A stretch of DNA of 64,000 bases from a bacterium (GTDB taxonomy: Bacteria; Planctomycetota; Planctomycetia; Gemmatales; Gemmataceae), in contig JAFKFQ010000258.1 of the NCBI GenBank assembly GCA_017308215.1, positions 23,412 to 87,411 of the forward strand, given 5' to 3'. Positions 10,435-20,695 of the stretch are shown one piece after another; the first letter of the stretch is position 1; each line of letters begins with the position of its first letter. Under the pieces are notes generated by a model. That model was not told where the DNA came from and did no database searches. It was given only the letters and a program-made list of their open reading frames with translations. A program made the translations under genes and the position numbers.

Positions 10435-11673
10435 TCAGAACGTAGCTTGCCCGGTGTCCCGGAAGAAGAAGAACGAATAGAAGATCGTCTGGAGTAGCCA
10501 GGTGCGGAACTCCGCGGCGTGGGCGATCATTCCCGCGTCCGCCGGGTTAAACGAGTGAGACGTCTCGTTCCGGAGTCTGTAGGCAAGCAGGAATCGCTTG
10601 GCGAGCGCGTCAGCGTTCGGGGCAGCCGCATTAAGGGTGTTCGTGTCGAGGTAGGCGCGGACGTCAGCGATCGAAACAGAATGAAAATCCTTCACCGAGT
10701 CGAAGCCGGCGTCGATTCCGGTGATGAGATCGTTCTCCTTCCGAAGAGCGTTCCAGAACAAACCCTCGCTTCGGACCAAACGTTTTGCGAGGTCGGCGTT
10801 CCGTGCGCTGTGGTGGTAATGCATGTGGTGGACGACGCTAGCGAGCATCGGACTGTCCGCAAACTTGTTCCGGACGGCGACATCCGGGTGTCTTGAGCCG
10901 ACTCGTTTGAGAAACACCTCGGTGAGGGTTGCCAGGTCGCGGAGGCATGTGAAGCGAACGGACTGAGCTACGTAGTCGTTCCGCCCCTCGAAGCGCGTGA
11001 AGTTCATGATCCCGGCCAGGAGATTCAAGTCCCCTTGGCCTGCGAGTGCGCGGAGGAAACGCATCACGTCGGGGAACCCGTATGTCGTCCCGAGTTGGGC
11101 GTTGACGAAATCGAGCACTGCGTTGGGAATCGAGGGGAGAAGGTGGCTCTTCACCCACTGGCCGAATATGCCGTCGTCGCTCAACGCATAGCTGTCGTAG
11201 ATGGTCGGAACGCGGTTGAACCGCACGTCTTCGTTCGCTGCCGCGAGCAGCCACGAGAGACCGAGCTCGAATTGACCTTGGTCGAAGTAGGTGATCGCCA
11301 GATCGGCGTAGAGGGCGCCGCGGTGGAGGTCCGTCCCCGTGTCGGTGCAGTGCTTGTCGGCCAGGCGTACCGCGACGGCGTAGATGCGGTGTGCCAGTCC
11401 CTTGAAGCCGGTCTGCTTGCGGAGCATCTCGGCGACGACGATCAAAGGCGAGGCGTAGCTGTCGTAGTCTTGCCCAGCCGGGTTAGCCTTGTCCGGAGCC
11501 TTGGCCGTGACGAGGAAGTCTCGTGTCCACCGGGCGCCGATCTCTTCCACCAGATTTCCGGCGTCCCCGACGGCCCTCATCAGGTCACTGAGTTGCGCTA
11601 CATACGGGTGCTGCTTCGCCTGCATCACCTGAATGAGATTTGCGATCGCTGCCATCTCGTCTGGTCTGCTCAC
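10435..11673 (-). CDS. Helical (TPR-like) protein with C-terminal HEPN-type RxxxxH motif
   Basis: AYRLRNETSH; GTG start with GGAGG RBS (alternative ATG at 11655); co-directional downstream of gajB. Confidence 0.7.
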   Translation of the reverse strand: MSRPDEMAAIANLIQVMQAKQHPYVAQLSDLMRAVGDAGNLVEEIGARWTRDFLVTAKAPDKANPAGQDYDSYASPLIVVAEMLRKQTGFKGLAHRIYAVAVRLADKHCTDTGTDLHRGALYADLAITYFDQGQFELGLSWLLAAANEDVRFNRVPTIYDSYALSDDGIFGQWVKSHLLPSIPNAVLDFVNAQLGTTYGFPDVMRFLRALAGQGDLNLLAGIMNFTRFEGRNDYVAQSVRFTCLRDLATLTEVFLKRVGSRHPDVAVRNKFADSPMLASVVHHMHYHHSARNADLAKRLVRSEGLFWNALRKENDLITGIDAGFDSVKDFHSVSIADVRAYLDTNTLNAAAPNADALAKRFLLAYRLRNETSHSFNPADAGMIAHAAEFRTWLLQTIFYSFFFFRDTGQATF

Positions 11674-11770
11674 TGTGCCCCTCCCTGTCGACTGTTTACA
11701 CCCCGGGCGTGCTACTCGTGTTGAGTAGCTGCCTGCTAGCACCAGCCCTTGCTGTCAGCAATGGCCCTGC

Positions 11771-13678
11771 TCACGTTACGATCTCTTCCTCGACGCCGGC
11801 CGCGGCCAGCAGTTCGTAGAGAGAGCCGATCTTCGTTCGAGACTGCATCGCCGCTGATCGCCCCCCTGATCGCTGCTGCGTCTCCCGCTTCGCACAGTAA
11901 GTGAAGAGCACACGCTTCCGCGCGCGGGAGAAGGCGACGAAGAACGCCCGCCGCTCCTCGTCGGACTGGTTTGCGAAGTTCCACAAGGCAGAGTCTTCGA
12001 GCCCCATGAAGACGACCGAGTGGTATTCGAGCCCTTTACTCTTGTGGACGGTGATGATCGGGATGGCGTCCTTGCCGACGAGGTCTGTTATCGCTTGGGG
12101 CCAGTCATGGCACTCCTCGTAGCACTTCCAGAGGGCGTTCGTGAACTTCGTGAAGAGACCGCTGATAAAGTCATCCTGGAGGTATTGTGGGTGAAGCCGT
12201 CGGAAGGCGTCGAGCCCGAGAAACTCGAAGAACTTGGACAGCTGATCGACGAGCACGTTGACGGTACTCCCAGCAGCTCCGATTGCATCGCGGATGGTGC
12301 CGCAGAATGAGTTCAGCTCGGCCTCCACCCGCCGCAGCCGTGGGTCTGACTCGTCAAAGCCTCTGAGCTGTTGCAGCAGCCCCATGAGGGAGGTCCAGGC
12401 GACCCGATCGCTATCGCGGACGGAAAGCGAAAGAATGTCGAGCGATACTTCGACAAGCGGCTCAACGAGAAGGTCTTGCAGGTCAGTCTCGGCACGAGCC
12501 TTGATGCCCCGTTTCGCCAACCCCCTGATGAGGAAGCCGGCGTATTCGTCCGGCTTGTTCCGCGTCAGCACGCAGATGTCCCGCGGGTGAATGCCATCCG
12601 TGAAGATCCATTCCGCTGCAAATTCTGCCAGGTGCGAGGCCTCTCGTACGTGGTCGGGGTAGAGGAGTACGCGGCAGTCGCCTTCACCGGAGGTGCCGTC
12701 GTCGGCCGGAGTGGGCGGCGGGGTTCCGGGCTCGATGGCGGCGATGAGCGTCTGCTGGATCTGCACGAGTCTCGGAGCGGAGCGGTAGTTCATGACGAGG
12801 TCGTGCTGCTCAGCCCCGAAGTCCCCTTTGAATCGCTCGAAGACGTTCTCGACGGCGCCTGCCCAGGTCATGATGCGCTGCTTCGAGTCGCCGACCGCGG
12901 TCACGACCGCGGCAGTGTTCCGGAACATGCTCCGGGTGAGTGCGTACTGGATTGCGGTGGTGTCCTGAAATTCGTCGAGGAAGACGTGGGAGTAGGTCTG
13001 CCGGAGTGCCTTCATGAGGCGCGGGTTGCTGCGGAGCAGCAGTTCGGCGAGCCTGCCGATCATCCCGAAGTCGAGTTGGGAGCGTTCGCGGCCGGTGAGG
13101 AGTTTCTTCCACATCGCTGTGGCCGCGCGGTCGGGGATGGACTGGGGTTGGGCTGAAGGGATGGGGAGCGCTCGCCCGAGGAACTCCCGCTTGTAGAAGA
13201 TGCCATCGCTGATGCCAGAGACGTCATCCATCGTGAGCCCGGTCGTGCTCCCGACCAACTGGTCGAGCAAGTCTCGCATTCGCTTCTGGATGTCGAAGTT
13301 GATTTGGTAGTCGGGTGTTGGGCGATACCCGTCGGGTAGCGCCTGCCCGAACCTGTCGATGAGCCCCTTTGCGAACGCATCGAAGGTGAGCGAGTGAAAC
13401 CGCCCGGCAAGTTCCCCGCCGCACCGCTTCTCCACCCGGGCGCGGAGGTTGGCCGCGGCATCTTTCTTGAAACTGATGGCGAGGATTTGGCGGGGCGCGC
13501 GGCAGCGACCTGTCTGGAGGAGGAAGCACGCCCTCTGAGCGAGGAGTTCTGTTTTCCCGGCGCCCGGTCCGGCGACGACGAGCCCGTTCGTCTCCTCGCG
13601 CACCGCCTTGTCCGCGTTCGGCTCAAGTCCGACGACTCCGACCGGCTTCCAGTCTGGGGCAGGAACCAGCTTCGGCAT
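11771..13678 (-). CDS. gajB: UvrD-like helicase, Gabija GajB
   Basis: AGPGAGKT, DEFQD, GDSKQRI, NYRS, TVHKSKGLEY, VAFSRAR; directly downstream of an OLD nuclease. Confidence 0.85.
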   Translation of the reverse strand: MPKLVPAPDWKPVGVVGLEPNADKAVREETNGLVVAGPGAGKTELLAQRACFLLQTGRCRAPRQILAISFKKDAAANLRARVEKRCGGELAGRFHSLTFDAFAKGLIDRFGQALPDGYRPTPDYQINFDIQKRMRDLLDQLVGSTTGLTMDDVSGISDGIFYKREFLGRALPIPSAQPQSIPDRAATAMWKKLLTGRERSQLDFGMIGRLAELLLRSNPRLMKALRQTYSHVFLDEFQDTTAIQYALTRSMFRNTAAVVTAVGDSKQRIMTWAGAVENVFERFKGDFGAEQHDLVMNYRSAPRLVQIQQTLIAAIEPGTPPPTPADDGTSGEGDCRVLLYPDHVREASHLAEFAAEWIFTDGIHPRDICVLTRNKPDEYAGFLIRGLAKRGIKARAETDLQDLLVEPLVEVSLDILSLSVRDSDRVAWTSLMGLLQQLRGFDESDPRLRRVEAELNSFCGTIRDAIGAAGSTVNVLVDQLSKFFEFLGLDAFRRLHPQYLQDDFISGLFTKFTNALWKCYEECHDWPQAITDLVGKDAIPIITVHKSKGLEYHSVVFMGLEDSALWNFANQSDEERRAFFVAFSRARKRVLFTYCAKRETQQRSGGRSAAMQSRTKIGSLYELLAAAGVEEEIVT

Positions 13679-13690
13679 TCGCAGTCCTCC

Positions 13691-15697
13691 TTACTTGAGC
13701 AACTTCCGAACGCGCGTCACAAGCCGCTTGAGCCGATCCGGAGCCTGCTTCCACAACTCTCCCTTCGGGATCTGGTTCAAGGCAAGAATGTGCGTCGACG
13801 GCTTTCCCCGCCCGAGAAACAGGTGCTGATACCAGATGAACGCGTGTTTCTCGTCGTCGTCGAAAGTGGCGCCCGTCGCCTTGGTACTTTTCAGAACGGC
13901 CTTGCACGCCGCTTTCACTCGTGCCGAGTAACGTTTGGGATGCGTTTTCCTGTTCGGGATTCGCGGCCCTGTTCCCGACTTCGCCTTCTTGTAGGCGGCC
14001 GGGAAATGCCGCAGCATCGCGAAGTCGAGGTCGAGCGGGTGGGAGACGAAGACATCGTACCCTTCGAGGAAGTTCAGCCAACCGTCGAGGCTTGGGTCGT
14101 CCGGACGCCAGCCCTTCATCTCTTCGAATTCGTCGTCTGTAAGCACCGATGCCGTTGCGCCCTCGCCGATCGCGAGCAGCGTATCGCGCGGCTTTCCGAC
14201 GGCGATTAGTTGCTTAATCAGGTAGTGGACACGAGACCAACCGCCGAACTCTCGCTCCAGGTCCAGATCGATCAGGGTGACGTGAGGGATCGAGAGATCG
14301 TTCAGCAGCTTCCAGAAGTGGTTCACGTGGCGGCCGCCGAGCGGGACGATGGAGACGAAGCTCGGGTCCACGCGAACGTCCGCTTCCTCGCAAAGTCTTG
14401 GCAAGACAATCTCTTCGCTCGCGCCTTCGCAGAGAACGACGAGTCGGGCGAAGTACAGCTCGGGGTAGGCCCGCACTGCTTCGCGCACGTACTTGTGGGC
14501 CGCGTGGGTAGTAGCGGGTAGCTTGATGGCTTTGACGATCGTCTGGTGAGTCTTCAAATCCAGCCGCAGGTGGCGCACCGAGCCTGGGTCGATTCGCTTC
14601 AGAATCGCCGACGAATGGCTGGTCAGTAGCACCTGGGCGCGGGGCGACCCGGCGATGTCTTCGAGCAGCGCTAGGATGCGGCCGAGATAATGCGGCGCGA
14701 GGTGGTTCTCCGGCTCTTCGATGGCGAGCACCGTGAGCGAGGGCACATCGAGCTCCGCCCCGCGGAGCGGCGAGTCGTCACCCGAATCGCTCACCGCCTG
14801 GTCCTCAGTGTGGAACACGGCGGTGATGAGCGTCAGGTAGAAGAGCGAGCGGAGACCGTCGCTGAGGCGGTCAGCGGGTTGCTCCGCGTCTCCCTCGCCT
14901 GGGCTAAAAACCATCTCGACCTGCCGCAGCAGATCTTCGAACTGTGGTTTGATCGGACGGAAGTGGACGTTCCTGAGAATCGCGAAGTCGTGCAGCGCTG
15001 CCCAGTTCTTGTTGATCATCTTCTCGATGACCGCGACACCAGCCTCTTCTCGAAAGGCGGCATTCGATTCGCGCGAGGCCGTCTCGACCTGCTCTCGCAA
15101 CTCGTCGGACCACCGAATGGCGCTGAGGAGGCGGTGGAGGAGTGTGCCGGCGGCTTGCCGGAGTTGGCGGAGAGGATCCCTCGTCGCGGGCACATAGAGC
15201 ACGTGAATCCGCGACCGCTGGTCCCCGGTGACTTTCGTCTTGTCCTCCTCAGCTACGTCGTCTGACGCGGTGTTCACCCAAGAAAGAGTTTCTTCGACCT
15301 CCCCCTCGGGGAGGGTTGTCCTCGTCCACTTCGCGTCGAGCCGGACGCGACAGTGGAGCGGCCCTTTCGGTACATCGACCTTCATCTGCCGGAAGAACGT
15401 GGGAACCGAATCCGCCGGGGTGTCGCCGTCGAGTTCAGGGAAATCGATCCGCGCTTCGATGGAGAGCGTCATTTCCGAGACGGTGTTGGGATCCTTGTCG
15501 GGGGGCAGGTGGAAGTCGCTGCGGCGAATCCCCCGGTCACCGGGAGTGACGCCGAACAGCCGCGCGAGGGCACCCAGTGCGGCGGTCTTCCCGCAGGCAT
15601 TCCCGCCGACGAAGGTCGTCATCGCGTCCAGGTCGATGCGTGTCGGCACCTCACCAAAACAGCGGAAGTTTGAGATCGTCAGGCTCGTGATCCGCAT
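13691..15697 (-). CDS. gajA: OLD-family ATP-dependent nuclease (ABC ATPase + TOPRIM), Gabija GajA
   Basis: NFRCF, GGNACGKT, LSDGLRS, IEEPENHL, TSHS, TOPRIM LCEGASE and DLD. Confidence 0.88.
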   Translation of the reverse strand: MRITSLTISNFRCFGEVPTRIDLDAMTTFVGGNACGKTAALGALARLFGVTPGDRGIRRSDFHLPPDKDPNTVSEMTLSIEARIDFPELDGDTPADSVPTFFRQMKVDVPKGPLHCRVRLDAKWTRTTLPEGEVEETLSWVNTASDDVAEEDKTKVTGDQRSRIHVLYVPATRDPLRQLRQAAGTLLHRLLSAIRWSDELREQVETASRESNAAFREEAGVAVIEKMINKNWAALHDFAILRNVHFRPIKPQFEDLLRQVEMVFSPGEGDAEQPADRLSDGLRSLFYLTLITAVFHTEDQAVSDSGDDSPLRGAELDVPSLTVLAIEEPENHLAPHYLGRILALLEDIAGSPRAQVLLTSHSSAILKRIDPGSVRHLRLDLKTHQTIVKAIKLPATTHAAHKYVREAVRAYPELYFARLVVLCEGASEEIVLPRLCEEADVRVDPSFVSIVPLGGRHVNHFWKLLNDLSIPHVTLIDLDLEREFGGWSRVHYLIKQLIAVGKPRDTLLAIGEGATASVLTDDEFEEMKGWRPDDPSLDGWLNFLEGYDVFVSHPLDLDFAMLRHFPAAYKKAKSGTGPRIPNRKTHPKRYSARVKAACKAVLKSTKATGATFDDDEKHAFIWYQHLFLGRGKPSTHILALNQIPKGELWKQAPDRLKRLVTRVRKLLK

Positions 15698-15868
15698 GGG
15701 CGACTGCTTGCTCCTCTCGGGTGGTTGGTCGAATTCCTCCCATTATGCACAACTGCGGCATTCGGGCGAAGGTCATCGTCGGAAGACCAAGTCTGATTCC
15801 TGGCGAAGTTCGCAGAGATCCGAGACGGCAACCCCGTGCCGTCTCGGGCTGACGTGCTGACTCGCCTC

Positions 15869-17158
15869 TCAGCGGTTCGTCTTTCCTTCGATCCGCCGGA
15901 TCGCCTCGCTCGCACTCCGCCGCACGTCCTTGTTCCTGTCCTTCGTGAGCGGGGTGAGCGCGGGAACCGCGTCCCGCGCTTCCGGGCCGATGCCGCCGAG
16001 TGCTTCCGCGGCCTCGCTCCGCAGAGTCTTGTCAGTGCTTTTCAGCCCTTCCACCAGCACCGGGAGTGCGTCCTTCACCGCCGCGCGGTCGACTTTCACC
16101 AGCGCTTCCGCTGCGTGAACGCGGATCCCGGGGTTCTCGTCCCGGAGCGCCGCTCGGATGGCCGGGAGGGCGTCCTTTGCCGGTGGGCCGATCTCACCGA
16201 GGGTGTGCGCCGCGTCGCCCCGCACGAAGGGGTCCTCGTGCTTGAGCCCTTCGATGAGGACCGGGAGGACCAGCTTGGTGTTGCCGTCGATCTCGTAAAC
16301 CGCTTCGGCGGCGTGGACCCGCACCCCGTGGTCGGTGTCCTTCAGCATCTTGGTCAGGGCCGGCACGGCGGACTTGGCTTTGTCCTTGAAGGTGGCGAGT
16401 GCGTGGGCCACGTCACCCCGTACTCCGGGATGCTTGTCAGCGAGGGCGGAGGTGAGTGCGGGCACCACCAGCTTGGGATCGGCCCCGAGCTTGCCGAGGG
16501 TTTCCGCGGCCTGCCCGCGGACCCCTTCGTCGCGGTCCTTGAGGAGTGGCAGCATCGCGCGGTCGGCGGACTTCGCGTCTCCGCCGAAGACGCCGAGGGT
16601 TGCCGCGGCGTTTAGCCGCACCTCGGGGTCGGTGTCTTTGAGCAGCCCGATGAGCCCGGGGACGGCGGCTTTGGCCGCGGGGCCGATTTCGCCGAGCCCC
16701 GCCGCGGCGGAGGCCCGCACCTGTTCGTCCCGGTCCTTGAGGAGGGCGATGAGGTCCGGCACGGTCGCCTTTGCTTCGTCGCCGAAACCGCCGAGCGCGA
16801 ACGCGGCCTTCGCCCTTACCTCCGGGATGGGATCGCGGAGGAGTGCGCGGACGGCGGGGATGGCCGACTTCGCGTCCGGGCCGATGAACCCGAGTGCCTC
16901 GGCGAGCTCCCCGCGGACGATCGCGTCGCGGTCCTTGAGCGCTTCGACCAGCGCCGGAACGGCCGCGACGAAGTCGCCGTCTCCCGTCTTGCAGATGTCG
17001 CTGATGGCTTCTGCGGCCTTTCGCCGGTCGGTGGGGTCGGCCTTGCGGAGGTTCGCGAGAAGCTCTTTTACGTCGGTCGCGTCGGCCCCGGGCGCACGCG
17101 GGGCAGTGGCGGAGAGGCCGAATGCGAGAAGGAACAGCGCACACGCGGTCCGGTTCAT
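15869..17158 (-). CDS. Secreted HEAT/PBS-lyase repeat protein
   Basis: Signal peptide plus about 11 repeats of AVPALxxLLKDxDxxVRxxAAxALGxIG. Confidence 0.9.
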   Translation of the reverse strand: MNRTACALFLLAFGLSATAPRAPGADATDVKELLANLRKADPTDRRKAAEAISDICKTGDGDFVAAVPALVEALKDRDAIVRGELAEALGFIGPDAKSAIPAVRALLRDPIPEVRAKAAFALGGFGDEAKATVPDLIALLKDRDEQVRASAAAGLGEIGPAAKAAVPGLIGLLKDTDPEVRLNAAATLGVFGGDAKSADRAMLPLLKDRDEGVRGQAAETLGKLGADPKLVVPALTSALADKHPGVRGDVAHALATFKDKAKSAVPALTKMLKDTDHGVRVHAAEAVYEIDGNTKLVLPVLIEGLKHEDPFVRGDAAHTLGEIGPPAKDALPAIRAALRDENPGIRVHAAEALVKVDRAAVKDALPVLVEGLKSTDKTLRSEAAEALGGIGPEARDAVPALTPLTKDRNKDVRRSASEAIRRIEGKTNR

Positions 17159-17252
17159 GGGGTCTCAAGTTTGGGTGAGGGGAGAGCGGGCGAGCGTTGA
17201 TGGCGACCCGCCCGCTCTTGGTTGTGTGTCACCGCGCCGAACTGCCGATCGG

Positions 17253-17825
17253 CTACCGCCGGCCGCGGTGCGCGCGGTGGGTGAGCGCGCCGCGGTAGCC
17301 GCCGCGGACGCCCGGCGTGTAGACCCCGTAGCGACGCAGGTTCGAGTAGGCCGAGCGCTGTTGCTGATAGGCGCGCTGCTGGTAGCGAAGCCCCGCCGAG
17401 TAGGGGTTCGTCCCGTAGGCCCGGCCGGCGACTCCGCGGTGGCGGAGCGGAGCCCGGTAGCCGGCTCGTCCGCCGCGGGTGTAGGTGCGGCCGCGGTTCG
17501 CGGCGGTGCGGGCGCTCGCCAACGCCGCGGACTCATACCGCTCGAACTCGGCGAGGCTGATCTTTCCGTCCTTGTTCGCGTCCCAGGCGTCGACGAAGGC
17601 GTGGTCGGGGTGGGTTTCCTTCGCTCCGACCTTGTCGTCGATCACCTTCGCGCTCGGGCCGCGGAAGGCCCGGGCCAGCTCGGCGGCGTCGAGGAAGCCG
17701 TCCTTGTTCCGGTCGGCCTGGTGGAACGACGCATCGAACCGGTGCCCGCCGGGCTGCGCGGGGGTGGCCCCGGCCGCGAGCGCGAGGGTGAGGACCGCGC
17801 AGGCGGATGGTGTGGCAACTCGCAT
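17253..17825 (-). CDS. Secreted EF-hand protein with Arg/Gly/Tyr-rich tail
   Basis: Signal peptide; DRNKDGFLDAAE and DANKDGKISLAE loops. Confidence 0.85.
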   Translation of the reverse strand: MRVATPSACAVLTLALAAGATPAQPGGHRFDASFHQADRNKDGFLDAAELARAFRGPSAKVIDDKVGAKETHPDHAFVDAWDANKDGKISLAEFERYESAALASARTAANRGRTYTRGGRAGYRAPLRHRGVAGRAYGTNPYSAGLRYQQRAYQQQRSAYSNLRRYGVYTPGVRGGYRGALTHRAHRGRR

Positions 17826-17989
17826 GACGTACTCCGGCCCCGTGGGGATGCGTGAACCGGACCGGGAGGACGGGGCGGCCTTCCCGAGGCGGTCGGGGTT
17901 TGCAGACACTCGTGAGACGAACGACGGCGGGAATGCCGCAGGCTCGCACACACGGTGCGAAGAGCCGCGGAGTGAGACGTGCTAACCGG

Positions 17990-18421
17990 CTAAATGAGGA
18001 AGGCGCAGTGGCGGACGAAGAGTGGGGGAGACGGAGCTAGCGTTCGGTCCGCTCTTGATCGGGGAAGCGATGAGTCTTCCGGCCACCACGGAAGGAGGTG
18101 CGGAACCAGAACCGGACAGGCAGCGAGATCGCTGTCGATCGCGGGTGTCGGCTCGGCGGGTGCCACCGAAGCCGCAGTCAGGCAGGACGGGTCGTGTGGG
18201 AGCGGGGCGGGACAGTGGTGATCGTCTGCGGTGAGCCGCGTACGGGTCGCAGTCGCTACGTTGCAGCAACCCGATTCATGATCGTCGCCGAAAGCAGCCG
18301 TGTGCCCTTCGTGGGCCGAGACAGGATGATCCGGGCAGGCGCGCGGTCCACCCTCGCAGGTGCAGACGCCGCCCGGCGCCAGCATCAGCAGTGAGAGAAC
18401 CAGTGACAGCACGGGTCGCAT
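17990..18421 (-). CDS. Cys/His-rich exported leader-type protein (leader 3)
   Basis: MRPVLSLVLSLLMLAPGGVCTC...HHCP...HDPSC...PPLFVRHCAFLI*. Confidence 0.75.
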   Translation of the reverse strand: MRPVLSLVLSLLMLAPGGVCTCEGGPRACPDHPVSAHEGHTAAFGDDHESGCCNVATATRTRLTADDHHCPAPLPHDPSCLTAASVAPAEPTPAIDSDLAACPVLVPHLLPWWPEDSSLPRSRADRTLAPSPPLFVRHCAFLI

Positions 18422-18592
18422 CACGACAGTAACCGTACCTCCGCGATGCCGAGAATTCAAGGCAATCGGGGGGCGGCTTGGACCGGTCACGCGGGCCGAT
18501 CGAACTTTTCCTTCTATTGCGGTCGGTGCGGCGCCGATGAAGGAGGGGACGCAAGAGGGTCGGTCGCCGCCGTCCATCCGAGAAGCCGAGTC

Positions 18593-19048
18593 ATGCGGGC
18601 GCTTGCCACGATCATCGCCGCGGTGCTGTCGGTCACGACCGGCGGGCCGCTGCGTTGCCCGTGCCTGCTGGTGCCGCAGATTCGCGCGGCTTGCGTCGAG
18701 ACGGTCGCCCCGCCAAGCGGGGACGATTCGTCACCCAGCGGATGCCGGTGCCGCGCCCACCAAGAGGCGGAAGTCCCGCCGCTGACTCCCCCCGACTCGC
18801 CGCACCAAGGCCGTCACGAACCACCTCACGCTCCCTGCCCCCACGGCCCCGGGATTGATCTCACGGCGCCCCCTGCGGGAGTGGAACAAGGGGAATCGCA
18901 GTCGGGCGCCGAGCAGCCCGCCCTGGTCGGGGCCGGAACGTTCGCGCTCGTGCTGTCGACCCTGGGCTACGTAGCGGCTTCGCACCCGCCAGCACCTCCG
19001 CCAGCAACTTGTCAGCACCTCCGCTTCTGCCACGCCTTCCGCTGCTGA
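18593..19048 (+). CDS. Cys/His-rich exported leader-type protein (leader 4)
   Basis: MRALATIIAAVLSVTTGGPLRCPC...GCRCRAH...PPPATCQHLRFCHAFRC*; 79 nt before the TolC gene. Confidence 0.7.
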   Translation: MRALATIIAAVLSVTTGGPLRCPCLLVPQIRAACVETVAPPSGDDSSPSGCRCRAHQEAEVPPLTPPDSPHQGRHEPPHAPCPHGPGIDLTAPPAGVEQGESQSGAEQPALVGAGTFALVLSTLGYVAASHPPAPPPATCQHLRFCHAFRC

Positions 19049-19127
19049 GTTCTCACGCCGACGCTGGCCGGTATCGGAAGGCTCACCCCCCACATCGGCG
19101 CGCCCGGTAGGGCGGCGGAGAAGGACC

Positions 19128-20642
19128 ATGCTGAGTTCCCAGTGGGCTCGTCGCGTATTTCCGTTCGGCCGCGTCGCGAGCGGCCTCTGTCTCGCCGGCA
19201 CGATCGGTTGTGCGGCGGGGCCGCCAGCGTATGACCCGTCGGTGGTTCGCCCGTACGCGATGCTGCCGACACCGCCGCAGCGTCCGGCGTCTTCACCGGT
19301 CCTCCCGGTGGCCCACCAGGAGCCGGTGAAGGAGAAGGAGAAAGGAGCGGCGCAACCGGCAGCGCAACCCGCCGCCGCGGCCCCGCCGGTGCGGGTGGAC
19401 GACCTCGTGCAACTCGCCGTCGGCGGAAACCCGCGCCTCGCCCGGGCGACCTTCGCGATTGATGCCGCACAGGGGCGGCAGGTGCAGGCCGGGCTCTATC
19501 CGAACCCGACCCTCGGCGCGAACTGGGACGAAATCGGGGACCGGACCGGCCCGGGCGGGATTCTGAACGTCCCCCGGGTGACGCAGGAGATTGTCACCGC
19601 AAAGAAGCTCAGTCTGTCCCAGGCGGTCGCGTCCCGGGAAGTGGACCAAGCCGCGCTCGGCCTGATGCGCGAGCGGTACTCGCTCATCGGCTCCGTCCGC
19701 GGCGCGTTCTACGACCTCTACGCTTTGGAGAAGCGAGTCGCAGCACTCGACGAACTCGTCGGGCTCGCCGGCGAGGCGACGAAGACCGGGCAGACGCTCC
19801 TCGACAACAAGCAGATCGCCCGGCTCGACCTGGTGCAGCTCGAAGTCGAACTCGCCCGGTTCCGGTCGCAGGCGGAGGCCGCGCGGCGGGAACTCCCGGG
19901 GGCCAAGAAGCGGCTCGCGGCGGTCGTCGGCGACCCGCGCCTTGCGATCGGGTCGGCCGACGGGCCGTTCGACGTGCTCCCGCCGTACGATCCCGACCGG
20001 ACGCTAGAAGTTGTCCTCGCGACGCACCCGGAGGTTCGCTCCGCCCGGGTCGGTGTCGAGCGGGCGCAGGCGGCCATCCGCCGGGCCGAGGTCGAGCCGA
20101 TTCCGAACGTCACGGTCACGGCCGGGTACGTGAAGCAGTACGAGAACCGGTCGAACGACTTCTCCTTCGGCCTCTCGGCGCCGGTCCCGACGTGGAACCG
20201 GAACCAGGGGAACATCCGGGCGGCGAAGGCCGAACTGGGGATGGCGATTCAGGAGGTCGGGAAGACGGAGAACGAACTCGCCGAGCGAGTGGCCGTCGCA
20301 CACCGCACGTATGCCGCGGCTTTGAAACTCGCCGAGCAGTACCGGACCGACATCCTCCCGAAGGCGGAGGAGACCTACCGCCTGTCGCGGGAAGCGTTTA
20401 AGGGCGGGCAGTTTGAGTACCTCCGGGTGATCCAGGCCCAGCGGGCGGTGGCTGAGGCGCGGCTCGAATCGGTGCGTGCCCTGGGCGAGGCGTGGCGGGC
20501 GGCGGCCGACCTCTCGGCCCTGCTGCTTGAGGAGTGGTGGCCCGGCCCGCCGCCGCCGGTTCCTGGTCCGGGTGCGGGGCCGGCCCGTCTGCCGCTCCCC
20601 CAGCCCGAGCCACAGCGCAAGGACGGCGTACAACCGCGTTAG
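19128..20642 (+). CDS. TolC/CzcC family outer membrane efflux lipoprotein
   Basis: QAGLYPNPTL, PVPTWNRNQGNI; lipobox-like TIGC. Confidence 0.9.
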   Translation: MLSSQWARRVFPFGRVASGLCLAGTIGCAAGPPAYDPSVVRPYAMLPTPPQRPASSPVLPVAHQEPVKEKEKGAAQPAAQPAAAAPPVRVDDLVQLAVGGNPRLARATFAIDAAQGRQVQAGLYPNPTLGANWDEIGDRTGPGGILNVPRVTQEIVTAKKLSLSQAVASREVDQAALGLMRERYSLIGSVRGAFYDLYALEKRVAALDELVGLAGEATKTGQTLLDNKQIARLDLVQLEVELARFRSQAEAARRELPGAKKRLAAVVGDPRLAIGSADGPFDVLPPYDPDRTLEVVLATHPEVRSARVGVERAQAAIRRAEVEPIPNVTVTAGYVKQYENRSNDFSFGLSAPVPTWNRNQGNIRAAKAELGMAIQEVGKTENELAERVAVAHRTYAAALKLAEQYRTDILPKAEETYRLSREAFKGGQFEYLRVIQAQRAVAEARLESVRALGEAWRAAADLSALLLEEWWPGPPPPVPGPGAGPARLPLPQPEPQRKDGVQPR

Positions 20643-20695
20643 TCTTGACCCTTGGGCGGCCGAGCGGATAATGCGTCGGTCCGACGGAGGCGCGG

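Noticed and set aside
15869-17158. Periodic DNA repeats resembling an array
   Set aside because: Explained by HEAT protein repeats; no CRISPR repeat-spacer structure or cas genes seen in the window.
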